DNA from: Lytechinus pictus | Lineage: Eukaryota | Assembly (NCBI RefSeq): GCF_037042905.1 | Contig: NC_087246.1 | Location: forward strand, 1,242,001-1,306,000 | DNA length: 64,000 bases | Direction: 5' to 3' | In this document: positions 14,730-27,339 of the stretch, piece by piece | How positions within the stretch are numbered: the first letter of the stretch is position 1 | Layout: each line of letters begins with the position of its first letter | Notes under the pieces: model-generated | Told to the model about the DNA's origin: nothing | Seen by the model: only the letters and a program-made list of their open reading frames with translations | The model's database searches: none | Made by a program: the position numbers and the translations under genes

Positions 14730-16191
14730 CACTGGCGTAAATCCCGGGGGGGATGGGGGGATATATCCCCCCACTTTTCGAGGAGGGGGGATGGCCTGTA
14801 CAAACATCCCCCCCCCCCACTTTTTACGAAAGAAATGAAAAAAAAATCACAAGAGATAATTGTTTTATTGGTGAAAATTCTTCCAAAAATACCGCTTAAC
14901 AAATAAAATAATATTATTGAATCATAAAATGCAAATAAAGAGCCAGTTCACCATTTCCAAACGAAATACTTATGTCCTTATTATAACATTGAAGAGAAAC
15001 CCCCGTTTCTTCCAATTCATCAATGTTGGGATCTTTGGGAAGGGATTAAGATGGAATATCAAAAATTTGTTGAATGTAATCTCTAATAAAACCATTAAAC
15101 CATCATGGGGTAAAAAAGATAATAATATTGGAGGGGTATTTGCCATATGGACATACAGTGGCGTAATTACGGGGGACATGGGGGGCACATCCCCCCCCCC
15201 ATAGGCTGACCAAAAAAAAAACGGGGAAAGGGGGAAAAGGAGAAAAGAGGGAGAAAGGAAGAGAAACGTAGTGGGAAAGAAGAAAATATTATTCATTAGA
15301 ATGTTATATTATAACTATGTTAAGTTACATTACATAAGAAACATTTTCATCATAACTTTATGAAACATAATTTGCCCAGGGCCTACGTCTTCATTGTTCC
15401 TGGTGCTCGCATTGTCTGTTTAACGAGATATATAATCCTTTTGTACTAAAGCATCCCGTTTTCAAGTCAATATAAACCAAATATATTTCCTAGCTCTTGA
15501 GTTATCATTGTTTTATGTAGTGACATATGCTTCTTTTTCATGACTCAAAAGTGATTGCACCATGTTAAGTAAGGTCTTCGTATATATGAAACATTTCCTG
15601 AACGTGATTACGTTCGCATTAGTGGATTGGTGAGATATGTCTGCTCTTCATGAATTCCTAAAATCAGTCCTTAAAATGTCCCTTCTTCTGATCTGAATAT
15701 CGAAAATTTTTAGCTCGCGCTTCGCGCTCGCATCATTTGGTTAGAACCAAATACATATGGTTCTAGTTAATTCCTACAAAGAAACCTTAGAATGCCCCAC
15801 TTCAGGTCTGAATTATCTAAGTTTTCAGCTCGCGCTTCGCGCTTGCATTGTTAAGCGAGACAGGTACCTATCATGATTACACAAATTTGATTATAATGTC
15901 CCTTTTTAGGTGTGAAAATAAAAAAATTCAGCTCGCGCTTCGCGCTCGCATTATTTGATCAGTGAGATACATATCCGTTTAATGACATTGTCCTTAAAAT
16001 GTCTCTATTAGGTCACTCACTCAGTCATTCAACAATTTTGCTGGTGCCCCCCCCCCCCCATGCCGTGACCCACGGTCGATACAGTGGACATATCAATGAC
16101 AATTCCTTGCATATCTAAAAACATGATTGCAAAAAAATGCCAAAATATTTCAGTCATCCCCCCCACCCATCAACACGGATTTACGCCAGTG
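14730..16191. mobile_element. hAT-like non-autonomous element (outer), contains a nested MITE
   Basis: TIR CACTGGCGTAAATCCG / CGGATTTACGCCAGTG; 8-bp TSD GAAAGAGT at 14722-14729 and 16192-16199. Confidence 0.85.
15156..16084 (+). mobile_element. hAT-like MITE (inner family), copy 2
   Basis: Colinear with 10511-11619; 8-bp TSD TGGACATA at 15148-15155 and 16085-16092; right TIR degenerate. Confidence 0.8.
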
Positions 16192-18679
16192 GAAAGAGTG
16201 CTATTTTAGGTATGAGAGAGATTCGGAACCATACACCGTTTATCATTTACAGCTACCCTTTGTTCAAACAATCGATTTGTCAACCAATTTCGATGACGTC
16301 AAATTCTCTTGGCGGGAAAATCCACACGGTTATTTTGTATCGGTATTGATGTATACATTATATGCATTACTACGTTTAGACTCGGTCATTGATCGACCTA
16401 GTTGTAAAACAGAAGGAGTTGACGTGGGTGCCAAAGAATAGATTTTTGACCATGTGTCCTATAGCTAGCTACCGCGTGTATGAACTTTTTCAGAATCATA
16501 CCCCAACTATTTTTTTTCAACAGAAGCTTGTACAGTCTAAACTAAAGTCATATAATAAGCCTATGCATACATGATATAAGAAAATTATAATTTCAGGAAA
16601 AAACACCCCCAAATAATATGCAGGCATGTAGCAAGAATAAAGTTGCAATGTCAGTTTCTCAGATCGTGAAATATGTCATCCACAACTTACAATGAATCAT
16701 TATTTTCCAATAACAATATCACATGAAATACCGGTATATGGATATAGATATAGCTGTCAGTGTCAGGAAAATGAGCTAATATACGACAGAATCTAAATTC
16801 CGTTTTGATTATGTTAAAGAAAAATGAAACGCCTTTAATTAGATGAATTCATATATAAAAGAGAAAAATCAAAGGAATAGATCAAAGAAATTTTGACTGC
16901 TTTATCTATAGCTGTATTGAGAAAAATAAGCTTTTGAATATTGAGATATTTCCATTGGCAATGCAACCAAGATCTGTGATGTCACTCATGCACAACTTCT
17001 CTGTTACTGTAGCACATAATATTATTTCAGATAAATCTTCTATTATATCTATAGGCCTATAGTCTATCGTAAAATCAGGTGGGCATATCCTTTTTATGAG
17101 AGGACATAATAATACAGGTTTCTCAACATTATATCATGCATTATTGTTTGTCCTATCATTAGAATGAGCAAGAAAGAGGTTGCTACCTCAATTGTTTTGT
17201 TCAAGTTCATAAAATGCATTGATGCTTTTATCTACTTCATCCATGGTTTGGGCATGGAGCAATAGCTCTATGGTTAGGGCATGGAACTACTAGCTCCATG
17301 GTTTGGGGGTATGTATTTTCAGAGTCCTATAAGGGGAGAGTTACAGATCTTGTTCGCATTGCCAATAAGAGGATCTTCATAGCAAAGGGTTCTCAACATT
17401 GTTCAATTTTACTCAAAATTTCGTTAATCTTATTTCATTTTCTTTTCACCAGGCCCTCCAACGGTTCTCATTATATTCAAACTTGGATACTAAACGTAAT
17501 ATTCCCATGGTAATATCAGTTTGTCATCATCAGTCAGTGTGTGTGGAAAAAATTGCTGCAGGACCTGTGAATAATCTTACTGTCATTGGTTGCTATTGCT
17601 TCAAGGCAAGCAGTAATGTTATGTTCTTATAATAGCTGGCCTGTATTTTTTTGTTACCCAACTTAGTATATCACATGCTTTAAGTAATCGTCATTCTTTG
17701 TAAGTATTATTTATCTCTTCGATAGTTGACATATAAATTTTTTTATTATGTGAACATGTTAATTAATTACTGATTAATGAATAAAATGCAGAAACTCCTT
17801 CAAAAAGAAAAAGAATGTTGTCGGTATGTTGTGATTATCAGAAGCCGCACAATTAAAAAAAAACCGCGAGGGTGGCAAATGGAGAGCGAAAAGGAGTCTA
17901 GTCGGGGGAGGGGGGTGGTTAGGTGCCCCATGATCCTCCCATTGGTACCACAAATGACGCGATGTGTTTTACAAAAATTCAGATGACACATACGCAGAAA
18001 AAAATTGTTCTGAATACTATATAGTTCCGAGCGAGAAAAAAGGCTTATTTTAAAAATTGAAATTCTAATTTTGTGACAGATAGTACGCATAGAGGGCTTT
18101 TGACTGTTTACAATGACCAAAAGATGTTATTTTAAGGGGATCGGTAAATGATTTCTTCGCATCATTAGGAAATGTGGACTTTAGTTATTTTTGTTTTCAA
18201 GTTTTGCTTGCTCGCGAGTTGTCTGGAATACTTGCTCCATATCCAAGAGTCAACAGTGAACAAATCATGCCCTGCCAAAATAATTATAAGGAAAAGTGAA
18301 ATTTAGGGTAATACAAACGTACTATTTCTGGATTATACTACTAACAATAGCTCACCTCGTTTTGCCCTGTCCCCGTTTATCCGAATGTAGGCCTACCTCT
18401 CTATGGCCTACCCTGATTATGGTTCTTTCCCTCATTGTAAACATGGTATCACGAGAGGGCGACAATGCATACATCGAAGTGGAGATCTACCACAAAATAA
18501 TTTTAAAAAAAGTTGGGGTTTCAATCTAATAATCAAAATATGACAATAAAGAAAGTGGTACGCGAATTGTCAATGAAACAAAACAGTTTACGAACATCAT
18601 AAGTTTCATAACACATCATTAATATCGACAATGAGATGAATAATAACAATGTTGAAAATTAAAATAGAATAAAACAGTA

Positions 18680-20658
18680 AATGCAAAAGGTTTTTGGTCG
18701 TATGTCAAATCAAAGACAACAACTCGCGAAAATGTAGCAAACCTTACAAAGGAAGACGGAAGTGTTACCTCTTCTGACCAGGACAAGGCAGAGATTTTGC
18801 AGGCCTTTTTTTCGTCTGTTTTCACAAAGGAGAATGTTCATGATATTCCTCCCCTCTCACAGGAAATGCATTATGATTCCCCTCTTAGTGATGTTGAAAT
18901 AACTTCAGGCGATGTTTTTAAGTTGTTGTCAAATTTGAAGACTAATAAATCTCCTGGACCTGATGGTCTTCATCCTTTTCCATTGAGAGAATTGGCTGAT
19001 GTATTGGCGCTGCCGTTGTCCTTACTGTTTAACAAGAGTATGAATTGTGGCTTGTTACCATTGGATTGGAAGTCTGCTAATATTTCACCTATATTCAAGA
19101 AAGGCAGTAAGGCTGATTGTAAAAACTATAGACCAGTGAGTCTAACAAGCATTGTTTGTAAAATTATGGAGAAGTTAATCTGTGATAAATTGTGTGTATA
19201 TTTGGTAGAGAATGATTTAATTTCTATGTGTCAACATGGCTTTGTTGATGGAAGATCAACTGTCACTAATCTTTTAGAGGTGCTTGATGAGTGGACACAG
19301 GTACTGGATGAGGGTGGTACAATTGATGCCATATACATGGACCTCATGAAAGCGTTTGATACGGTGCCTCATCGGCGTCTCCTTCTAAAGTTGGAATCCT
19401 TCGGTATCTGTGGTAAACTCCACGTATGGCTTATGTCTTTTTTAACGGGAAGACGGCAGCGTGTAGTTGTTGGTGGAAAATCGTCATCTTGGGGAGAAGT
19501 ACTGAGCGGCGTACCGCAAGGTAGTGTGTTGGGTCCGACCCTCTTTTTGGTTTTTGTCAATGATCTGCCAAGTGTTGTTGAGTCTAATATTGTAATGTTT
19601 GCAGATGATACAAAGATGTATGTACGTTCTGATAGTGTTGTTGGTGTCAAACAACTCCAAAAAGATATCTCCCTTTTAGAAGAGTGGGCTAAAAAATGGC
19701 AGCTACGATTCCATCCGGATAAATGCACCGTCTTAAAGCTAGGAAAAAACAGTACAGAAGAGCAGACCCAGTATTACATGAAAGGAGAGTCTAATCTAAT
19801 TACTCTTATGGAGGTACAAGCAGAAAAAGACCTAGGGATATTAATTGATTCAAAGCTGTCTTTTAAAGACCAAGTGTCACAAGCAGCATTAAAGGGAAAC
19901 AGAGTCTTAGGAATCATTAGAAGATCTTTTGTTTGTCTGGATGCAGTTACAATGTCATATTTGTTTAAAGGTCTTATCAGACCCCTATTAGAGTATGGAC
20001 AAGCCGCATGGTCACCATATAAATTGAGTGAACAAAGAAAGTTAGAAAGTGTACAGAGGCGAGCCACAAAAATGATTCCAGGTTTTAGAAATCTGTCTTA
20101 TATGGAACGTCTCATGAAACTAAAATTACCGAGTCTGGCTCATAGGCGAAGGAGAGGTGACATGATTGATGTCTACAAGTACATGACTGGAATATATTAC
20201 ACACAACACAACCTTTTCACTAAGTCGCAAAGGAGGTCTAGAGGTCATAGGTTGAAGTTGGAAAAGAAATTTTCTCGCTATAGGCTTGATATTAGAAAGT
20301 ACTTTTTCAGTAACAGAGTCGTAGATATGTGGAATAGTCTTCCTGACAGTGTTGTTTCAGCCTCTTCAGTCAACTCCTTCAAAATTTGTCTAGATAGGCA
20401 CTGGTCAAAGAATTATGATTTGCTCTATAAGCCAGTGTAGGCAGTATTGTCTTTGTTTTCCCCCGGGGTTTTCCCAAGGTTTTTAGCACACATGTACAAA
20501 CTTCTGATAGTCCTTTCTCGTGTTAAGTACCGGTATATATATTTTGTTTTAATAACATGGATACTGTACTACCACCAGAGGAGATACTACGATCGATGAA
20601 CAGGTACTCAACTCAAGCCTACAGCATCGTGGACTTAAAGTAAGTAAAGTAAAGTAAA
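18680..20658 (+). mobile_element. 5'-truncated CR1-clade LINE
   Basis: ORF2 frame runs from NAKGFWSYVKSK through the RT domain to the C-terminal FFSNRVVDMWNSLP motif; short 3' UTR; (AAAGT)n tail at ~20637-20658. Confidence 0.9.
18797..20440 (+). CDS. LINE ORF2 reverse transcriptase (endonuclease domain lost by truncation)
   Basis: Motifs KSPGPDG, NYRPVSLTS, QHGF, DLMKAFDTVPH, GVPQGSVLGP, FADD, EKDLG, LESVQRRATK; no stops or frameshifts. Confidence 0.92.
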   Translation: MQAFFSSVFTKENVHDIPPLSQEMHYDSPLSDVEITSGDVFKLLSNLKTNKSPGPDGLHPFPLRELADVLALPLSLLFNKSMNCGLLPLDWKSANISPIFKKGSKADCKNYRPVSLTSIVCKIMEKLICDKLCVYLVENDLISMCQHGFVDGRSTVTNLLEVLDEWTQVLDEGGTIDAIYMDLMKAFDTVPHRRLLLKLESFGICGKLHVWLMSFLTGRRQRVVVGGKSSSWGEVLSGVPQGSVLGPTLFLVFVNDLPSVVESNIVMFADDTKMYVRSDSVVGVKQLQKDISLLEEWAKKWQLRFHPDKCTVLKLGKNSTEEQTQYYMKGESNLITLMEVQAEKDLGILIDSKLSFKDQVSQAALKGNRVLGIIRRSFVCLDAVTMSYLFKGLIRPLLEYGQAAWSPYKLSEQRKLESVQRRATKMIPGFRNLSYMERLMKLKLPSLAHRRRRGDMIDVYKYMTGIYYTQHNLFTKSQRRSRGHRLKLEKKFSRYRLDIRKYFFSNRVVDMWNSLPDSVVSASSVNSFKICLDRHWSKNYDLLYKPV

Positions 20659-21019
20659 TATGCTTTGGGGCCGTCGTGTATTAGCGGCGTGTACGCCTGA
20701 GACGTAAAATCCGGGCATGAAATCTGCTCAAGAAAATGACATCTTTGGTTTACCTTTCGCTTTGAGCTATATTTTGAATGTGTATAGTGACTTTGGTAAT
20801 GATATTACAAGTATTTTTTATGAAATCATTATAAAAGTATCAATTGACTAGCAAAGTTAGACCCATTTTTCTCCTCTCGCGCTCCGCGCTCGCGGCTACC
20901 ATAGCATGGACTGGATGTTGCTCTTTTTTGTAAAAAAAGGTCTGAATTTTCGGAAACGTTTAATTGTATTTTTGCAATAAATACACCCTTTGATTTCTAA
21001 AACAGACATAGCCATAAGT

Positions 21020-21090
21020 ATGTGGTTGACTAGAGTACTATTGGGCCATCGCTTTCGGAGTGCAAAGGTTCCTGGTGTGCAATTTATAGG
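21020..21090 (+). CDS. MRPL57: Mitochondrial ribosomal protein mL63 (MRP63), coding exon 1
   Basis: ATG..MWLTRVLLGHRFRSAKVPGVQFIG, GTAAG donor, phase 2; matches the recalled family pattern xPGxQxIGKHRR. Confidence 0.88.
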
Positions 21091-21694
21091 GTAAGTTATT
21101 GAGATCATTTAATTTTAAGGAATATTTTAGTTCAGTCCCATATGTTCATATTGCTGTTGCTCAATGTTCATCCTGCATTGCATTGTGAACATGCCGGGTA
21201 TGGATAATGGAGGACTTCGTGATATTTTTTAATACTTTGACATATACTTCTTCATCATGAAGCCTTGAAATTCTTCCCATAGACGCATAAGCGAGACCTT
21301 CACACCCCGATGGATTTCCCTAGGGCTAGGAAATCCATATTTAGAGGGTGAAATCGGTTTTTATTTGTAGGTCCTATGCGTATGTAGGCCTAGGGCTAGG
21401 GATAAAAATTATTTCACTATGTGAAAAATGAGAGGTTTCTTACCAGACCGATCTTGTGAAGATCCCTCAATCTGTTTGTCAAAAAAGCAAATACAATAGG
21501 CTTGACCCTTGAACAATTCATTATAGGCCTAGATAAAAATTATTATTTAACAAATAATAAATTTAATACGTGATTGTAAATGATTATTATTATTATAAAT
21601 TATTTTTAATCAAGTTTCAAATTTCATTATTTGTTAAATAATAATTTTTATCTATAAATTGTTCTTTAAGTATGAAAAAATTTACCAATATAAC

Positions 21695-22603
21695 CCAGGG
21701 GGGGGGGCATGTCAAATATATAGCTGTATACATGAGTGACCAAAAAATGCATTTAAAGGCACTCATTCAATGAACAAGGTTATATAACCTTGTTCTCAGT
21801 TATAACTCCATGTGTGGCAAAATAAGGATGGCAATGTTTGGCTTATTTTCTCTTTTTCTTTGGGACAAATGCTTTATTTTTTTACACTGACAGTTTCCAT
21901 TACACCTATTCGTCATACAACTTGGCCCTTAAGTAAATTTGATTCTTTAAATTATTTTTTCTTAATTAAAAATAAGAGATTAAAAAATGAAAATTTTCTT
22001 GCCATATTATTTTTCACCAATAGAGGGCGTACACAAAAATATGCCCAAAATTCAAGTTTTTGAGTGCTCTAGTCAATACAAAAATTATTCCCAAGTTACT
22101 AATGAAAAATGAATTGCAACTGTATGGAAATTAGTAATTTTGGTCACAAAAGTGATATTTTAATCATTTTTTAAAGTGTGTGCTCTGTATAGCATTGGCA
22201 TGCCGTAGTCCAACCTGTAGATTCCCCACAGGCAGGGTGGTTGCAGTGAACAAGTGTTTAAATGGGTGTTTTTTCAGTTTTGGACGCTGGCCGCACGTGC
22301 ACTCGTTAAGGGTATCAAAAACGCACAAAAAGGGTGGTTTTTTGAAAGACTAGTAAATTGTCAATCACGGGGTCAAACGTAATTCGGGTATGTTTTTTTC
22401 CATTTTTTTTTTTTAAAGACTATCCAAACGTGTTTAGGGTATGTTTTTTCCCAGGGGTCATATAATGGCGACAACTTTTGTTTAGGGGCCAAAATAGGGG
22501 GTTGTTTTGCATACAGAGGAAAAACTCATTTAGGGGGTGTTTTAAAATAATTCGGTGACGCATGTGTACAGCAATACATTTGACTGGCCCCCCCCCCCCC
22601 CGG
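21695..22603. mobile_element. MITE with ~50-bp CCC(G)n TIRs and a nested ~500-bp element (21760-22256)
   Basis: GGGCATGTCAAATATATAGCTGTATACATGAGTGACC is inverted by GGTGACGCATGTGTACAGCAATACATTTGACTGGCCC; the inner element has CAC...GTG ends with TTTAAAGG / TTTAAATG flanks. Confidence 0.6.
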
Positions 22604-23429
22604 AATTATAACAAGGTTATATCATAACCTTGTTCATTGAAATGAGTGGTATGAAAGTATTATTAGTGCTAGCTAGGACTCGAGGCGATTATACATAAGT
22701 GGGGATGTGTAAAAGAACAAATTTTTTTTAAAGGAAAGAGTTCCATATGCACCCCCACCAAAATAAGATGAGAAAAGATTGTTGAGACTTCCGGTTTGTT
22801 CACTTCAGATTTTTCTATCATTTTGTTACTGTTGCTTACCTAAGTTGGGACTCAACTCACCTAGTTTTATCTGCAGTCAAGACCTCTTCCCGCTATGTTA
22901 GCGAGAAGCGATGATACTGAAAGGGACTTTGAGTTTTAGCGATTATCAGCCAATAGTCTAGTCTAGACTCACAGACCCTTTTTACTGACTAAATAAACTG
23001 ATGTGTATGGGCTATTACACGCGCTTGATCCTGCTCAAGATTTGATGGAATTAGCCATATTTTGGTATGTATTTCCACTCTCCCATCATATTAGGGCTAG
23101 ATATATTATTTTAAACCTTCATGTTTTTTTATTTTCAATTTTAGTGGGGGTGCATATGGAACTCTTGCCAAAACAATGAAAATAATAAACCATCTAGAAA
23201 TTAACAAATAGATATTACTGATTACACAGTGTATTGTGAATGTGATTAATATGAGTGAGTAACAAACTCAAGCTCAAGGAGGCCAGTACCAGGGTGATTT
23301 CTTGTTATCTGATTTATCACATATTGGCATTCTGTGAATGAAACTTTACTATAACATGAAGGTTGTCATTGATTTTCAAATAATAGTAAAATAAATTAAA
23401 TATATAGACCAGAAAAACAAAAAAACTAA

Positions 23430-23697
23430 AAACAAGTGTTTTCAGACACATCATCCAAGAGGCAATATTGACAAATTTGCCTTTGCCCAACGATCTATAC
23501 TTGAATGGAATAAACTCCCTCTTCAAATAGTTAATGTAGTTTCGCTTGACAGCTTCCAAAAGCTCCTGCAAAATCACCTTGAAAACATCCCTCACTCCTC
23601 CTCATAATGTGCGTCCAAGTCTAATTTCATCTTCGAGGTAGGCTGCAGAGCCCTTTGAACTTTGAAGATTACAGCAGATGATGATGATGATGATGAA
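23430..23697 (+). mobile_element. 3' end fragment of a CR1/L2-group LINE in MRPL57 intron 1
   Basis: Translates FAFAQRSILEWNKLPLQIVNVVSLDSFQKLL (ORF2 C-terminal WNxLP motif), followed by a (GAT)n tail. Confidence 0.65.
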
Positions 23698-23985
23698 AGA
23701 ATGAGAATTTTATTTTGCAATATCACCAAGGGATGTTCCTCAATTTTCCCATCTTTCCACATATTTTTTTTGTATTGCTGAAATAATTTCATCTTCCATT
23801 CAATGAATTCAATATCCCTTGTAGATTCTAACTGAGAGGAAGTAATTAAAATTATGGTTGAAGTGATAAGTGTAGGAGTTTACCTCCAAATCACTGTATA
23901 GTCATCTGTATCTTTCCTTACATATAAGAGAAGACAAATGTAAACCCAATATAACAATGATTCTAATGGGTTTTTTTATGTGCAG

Positions 23986-24097
23986 CAAACATCGCCGTTT
24001 CAGACCCATCACCAAATACATGATCAGAAATCTTGAAGAAAGACTGGCAGTGGAGGAAGAGAATGCTAAACATTTAAGTCGACCATTCCTTACAAAG
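23986..24097 (+). CDS. MRPL57: Mitochondrial ribosomal protein mL63, coding exon 2
   Basis: TGCAG acceptor and GTAGG donor; KHRRFRPITKYMIRNLEERLAVEEENAKHLSRPFLTK; phase-compatible. Confidence 0.92.
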
Positions 24098-25078
24098 GTA
24101 GGTACTATTCATTGCTGGGGGTACCAAAATGACTGATAAATTGCTTTGGAAGCTGCAACTGAATTGATGACCTGACATGGTGTATTGACCAAGTATAGAA
24201 AAACATATATCGTAAAATTGATCATCAAAGTTATTAGTTGCAGTAATTTTTATTTCATGCATTAATTTGTTTAAAACTTATGTGTGATGTTCATTTCTTC
24301 GGATCATGAAGTACAGTAGTCCACTAGTTGATATATCTCACTGTATATTTTTGCAGATCTGGTGTAGTGTATGTAAAAATACAAAGATGGCTAAGTACAA
24401 TTAAACAGAGACCAATGTTACATTTCAATTAAAAAGAAGAAGAAGAAAAAAATAGAATGATTTGTGGTGCAGTAATTCAAAACTATATGTGGTCAAGACT
24501 AGTTTTAGTAGTATGCTGTATTGCAGGGTGCTACACAAGCACTTACCTGAGGCAAGTAAAAGTTAGAGTCGGGCAAGTGTTTTGAAGTAAAGACCAAAAC
24601 CACTTGCCTGAATTGGGCAAGCAAAATTCTCACTGTAGAATTATTAAAATTAGAGTCGATATGATATATTGACCCTTAATTTTGGTCATGGCAGGCAAGA
24701 TAAAATCACTTTGGAAAAAGAAATGCAATAACAAAGTAGATCAATACATGTCAAAAGAAAGAAAAAGGTCAATGGTTTATAAAACCGCAAAACTTTCTTT
24801 TGAAGAAGTAAAACTTTTTTTTCAATGATTTTTTCGGGCAAGTGAAATAGATTTTTGGGCAAGTATATTCCAACTATTTAAGAATTTACTTGCCCAACCG
24901 GGTAAGTGCTTCTAAAAAGTTATGTAGCACCCTGTGTATTGGAATATTTTATTATTCTCATGCTGATATTGTTCAATGAGAGGATAATGGTACATCTTTC
25001 ACAGAATTTCTCCATGGATTACAGCATTGCTTCCATATTCAGTAAAGTTTTTACCCCTTACTTTTTACATCCGAACAG

Positions 25079-25222
25079 GAAGAGGAATACTGTCATGCTC
25101 AGGAAAGACGAGCCAGACTAAAGGAGGAATTCAAAACAGTCCGACATTTCAGCAAAGCACCCCCTAACCAATACATTGATGATCATTTAGCTCATCTAAG
25201 AGTATCAAAGAAATGGGAATGA
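25079..25222 (+). CDS. MRPL57: Mitochondrial ribosomal protein mL63, last coding exon
   Basis: AACAG acceptor; EEEYCHAQERRARLKEEFKTVRHFSKAPPNQYIDDHLAHLRVSKKWE*; the ending LxHLxVxKKW is typical of the family. Confidence 0.92.
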   Translation, partial: EEEYCHAQERRARLKEEFKTVRHFSKAPPNQYIDDHLAHLRVSKKWE

Positions 25223-26189
25223 CCAAAGGAGTCATATTATGAGAACTGCTTGAAAGTAACTCTTGAACTTTGAGACATGTTTGCTTGATGCCACTGTAGA
25301 ACAATGGATGTATGCAAGTTGTCAAGTACACATTTAATGATGTGACATTAAACTTGAGTTATCATCTGTATACTTCAGCTTCTGCTATGAGAATATACTT
25401 GCAGTCATTTGGGTTACTAATTAGGACTGACATTCTTAGGATTCTTACATTGTACTTCTATCTTGTAAGATACATGTCATCTGAGTAAATCAATTTTTTT
25501 TAAGTATCCCGCCACATCCTGTTTGGAGGTGGCCTCTTGTAGTTTTTATTTTATTTTATTTCATTTTTTTGAGGGGGGGGGGGTAAACACTCTCAAATGA
25601 AAATTTTCAAGGAAAAATGATTTTTAATAATTTTAAAAGTTCAACTGGTGTCTTTAAAAAAAAAGGCCTGGTCTACCATTTTGAGAGAAAAAAGGCCCTT
25701 CTCCTTCCCTTCAAAAGCATGAAGCTCTTATCAGAAATCTCTAAACACCCTATAAAATGCAGCATAATTGATACATTGTAGGTGGTGAGGGATGTGCATT
25801 TGAAGGAATACAAACTTTTGCATCAATACAAAGTAAGAGCCTACCTGTATATCACTATCATGAGAGGATTCCATTTATTTTTGTCAGAAAATGATATGAC
25901 ATTTGAAGCATTTTAAAGAAATAAATATTATCAATGGTGTACTAAAATGACATAGAGGAAAACACAACATGTCAGCTAAATGCATTATATCAACTGGATG
26001 CCTGCATGATGACATATGTCAGAGGTCACTCAGAGATAAGGTTTTCACTTCTATGAGATCATGGAAGTAATTGGAAATAAAATGCATATGATGATGGTGT
26101 TTTGTAATCTATTACATGTAGTTTGTTTTACATTTTTTCATTCATCTCTCAAGATTCATTGAAAATAATTTGCATAGTTACAGTATAAT

Positions 26190-26750
26190 CCACTCCTACA
26201 AAAAGTAGAGTCGAACAAATAGAGAAAAAAATCGAACATGTATAACTTAAGAAATTGTCATCAAAATTTGATGTGGAATTAGAAAGGTGTGACATTTTGC
26301 TTTATTCTCTTATTATATGCACATCGTGGAATGTATGCAAACCATGGAGTCAATGATGTCCACACACCAACCCATAAACAAGACTTTTGTAGTTCATGTA
26401 TTTTAATTGATTTGTAGGCTTTTGTGATATAGCTCTTCCTTGATTCACAAACTGAATATTAATATTACATGAGGGATCAATCAAGCAAAGTTTTACATTA
26501 TTGGAGAAAATTGAAATATTTGTTATTTGAGTTAAAATACAAAAGATATAGTATGTGTGTGACATCACATGCATCCACACTTACATACTAGTAATACCAT
26601 CAATATATTAATGTTTTTGGCCAATATCCTTACTTTCTTATTTTTATGATTATTTTACATCTGATTTTGATGAAACTTTCAGTGTTACGATTTATTTTGT
26701 TTTCTCAATTTATTGAACTAATCTTTTTGTTTGTTGGGGTGGGTTGTCTT
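26190..26750. mobile_element. Decayed Kolobok-like MITE relative
   Basis: Partial matches to family-1 arms (e.g. TTTTACATCTGATTTTGATGAAACTTTCAGT); ends eroded. Confidence 0.45.
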
Positions 26751-27214
26751 GGCATCTGATAACTATAATAAATGTATGACTATAACATGATCATGGTAGC
26801 ATAAACAGGTAAATCCAACCTAAGTTAAAGGTATTCATAAGATTTCTTCTGAGTAGGGTTTTTTTATTGCTACCAGTCTCAGCAGACTTCTAAAGGCAAG
26901 TGTGTCTCTATTGGAGCATAGTGGATGATATAACAATAAGTACACATTCAAACAATTTCTAAATTTATTGCAATGCTACATTTTATTATATTATATACAC
27001 ACATAATATATCACACAAATTGATTATAACTTGTATAAAAAATCTCTAGAACACTTGTTGTATATATTACATAAACTTGATAAAAGACAACTCTCTATTA
27101 TATATCATAACATTTTATCCCCTTTTGCACATCCTCTACACATGTTAGTACCATAGGCACCTAGTCTAACTAAGTTAAATGATTGTATAATATTATTTAC
27201 AATTCAAGTCTTGA

Positions 27215-27339
27215 TCACACACAAAATAGTGACTCCCTTTTCTTTAACGACACTTCGGGAAATGGACCCATACTCTGGTTTAGTGTGGCCTGAAGATATG
27301 GCTTCATTATGGAGTCGTATGTGAAGTTATTGTAGAAGT
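27215..27339 (-). CDS. AIFM3: Putative alternative terminal exon of the AIFM3-like gene
   Basis: Branch-like CCTAAT plus TTCTAG acceptor; in phase with the GTAAGT donor at 29650; open for 40 codons (FYNNFTYDSIMKPYLQ...LFCV*); AATAAA on - at 26964-26969. Confidence 0.5.

Noticed and set aside
17440..18445. Divergent minus-strand gene (ATG at ~18444, GTGAG donor at ~18355, acceptor at ~17565)
   Set aside because: The joined frame stops within about 10 codons and shows no recognisable homology; a lncRNA cannot be excluded.
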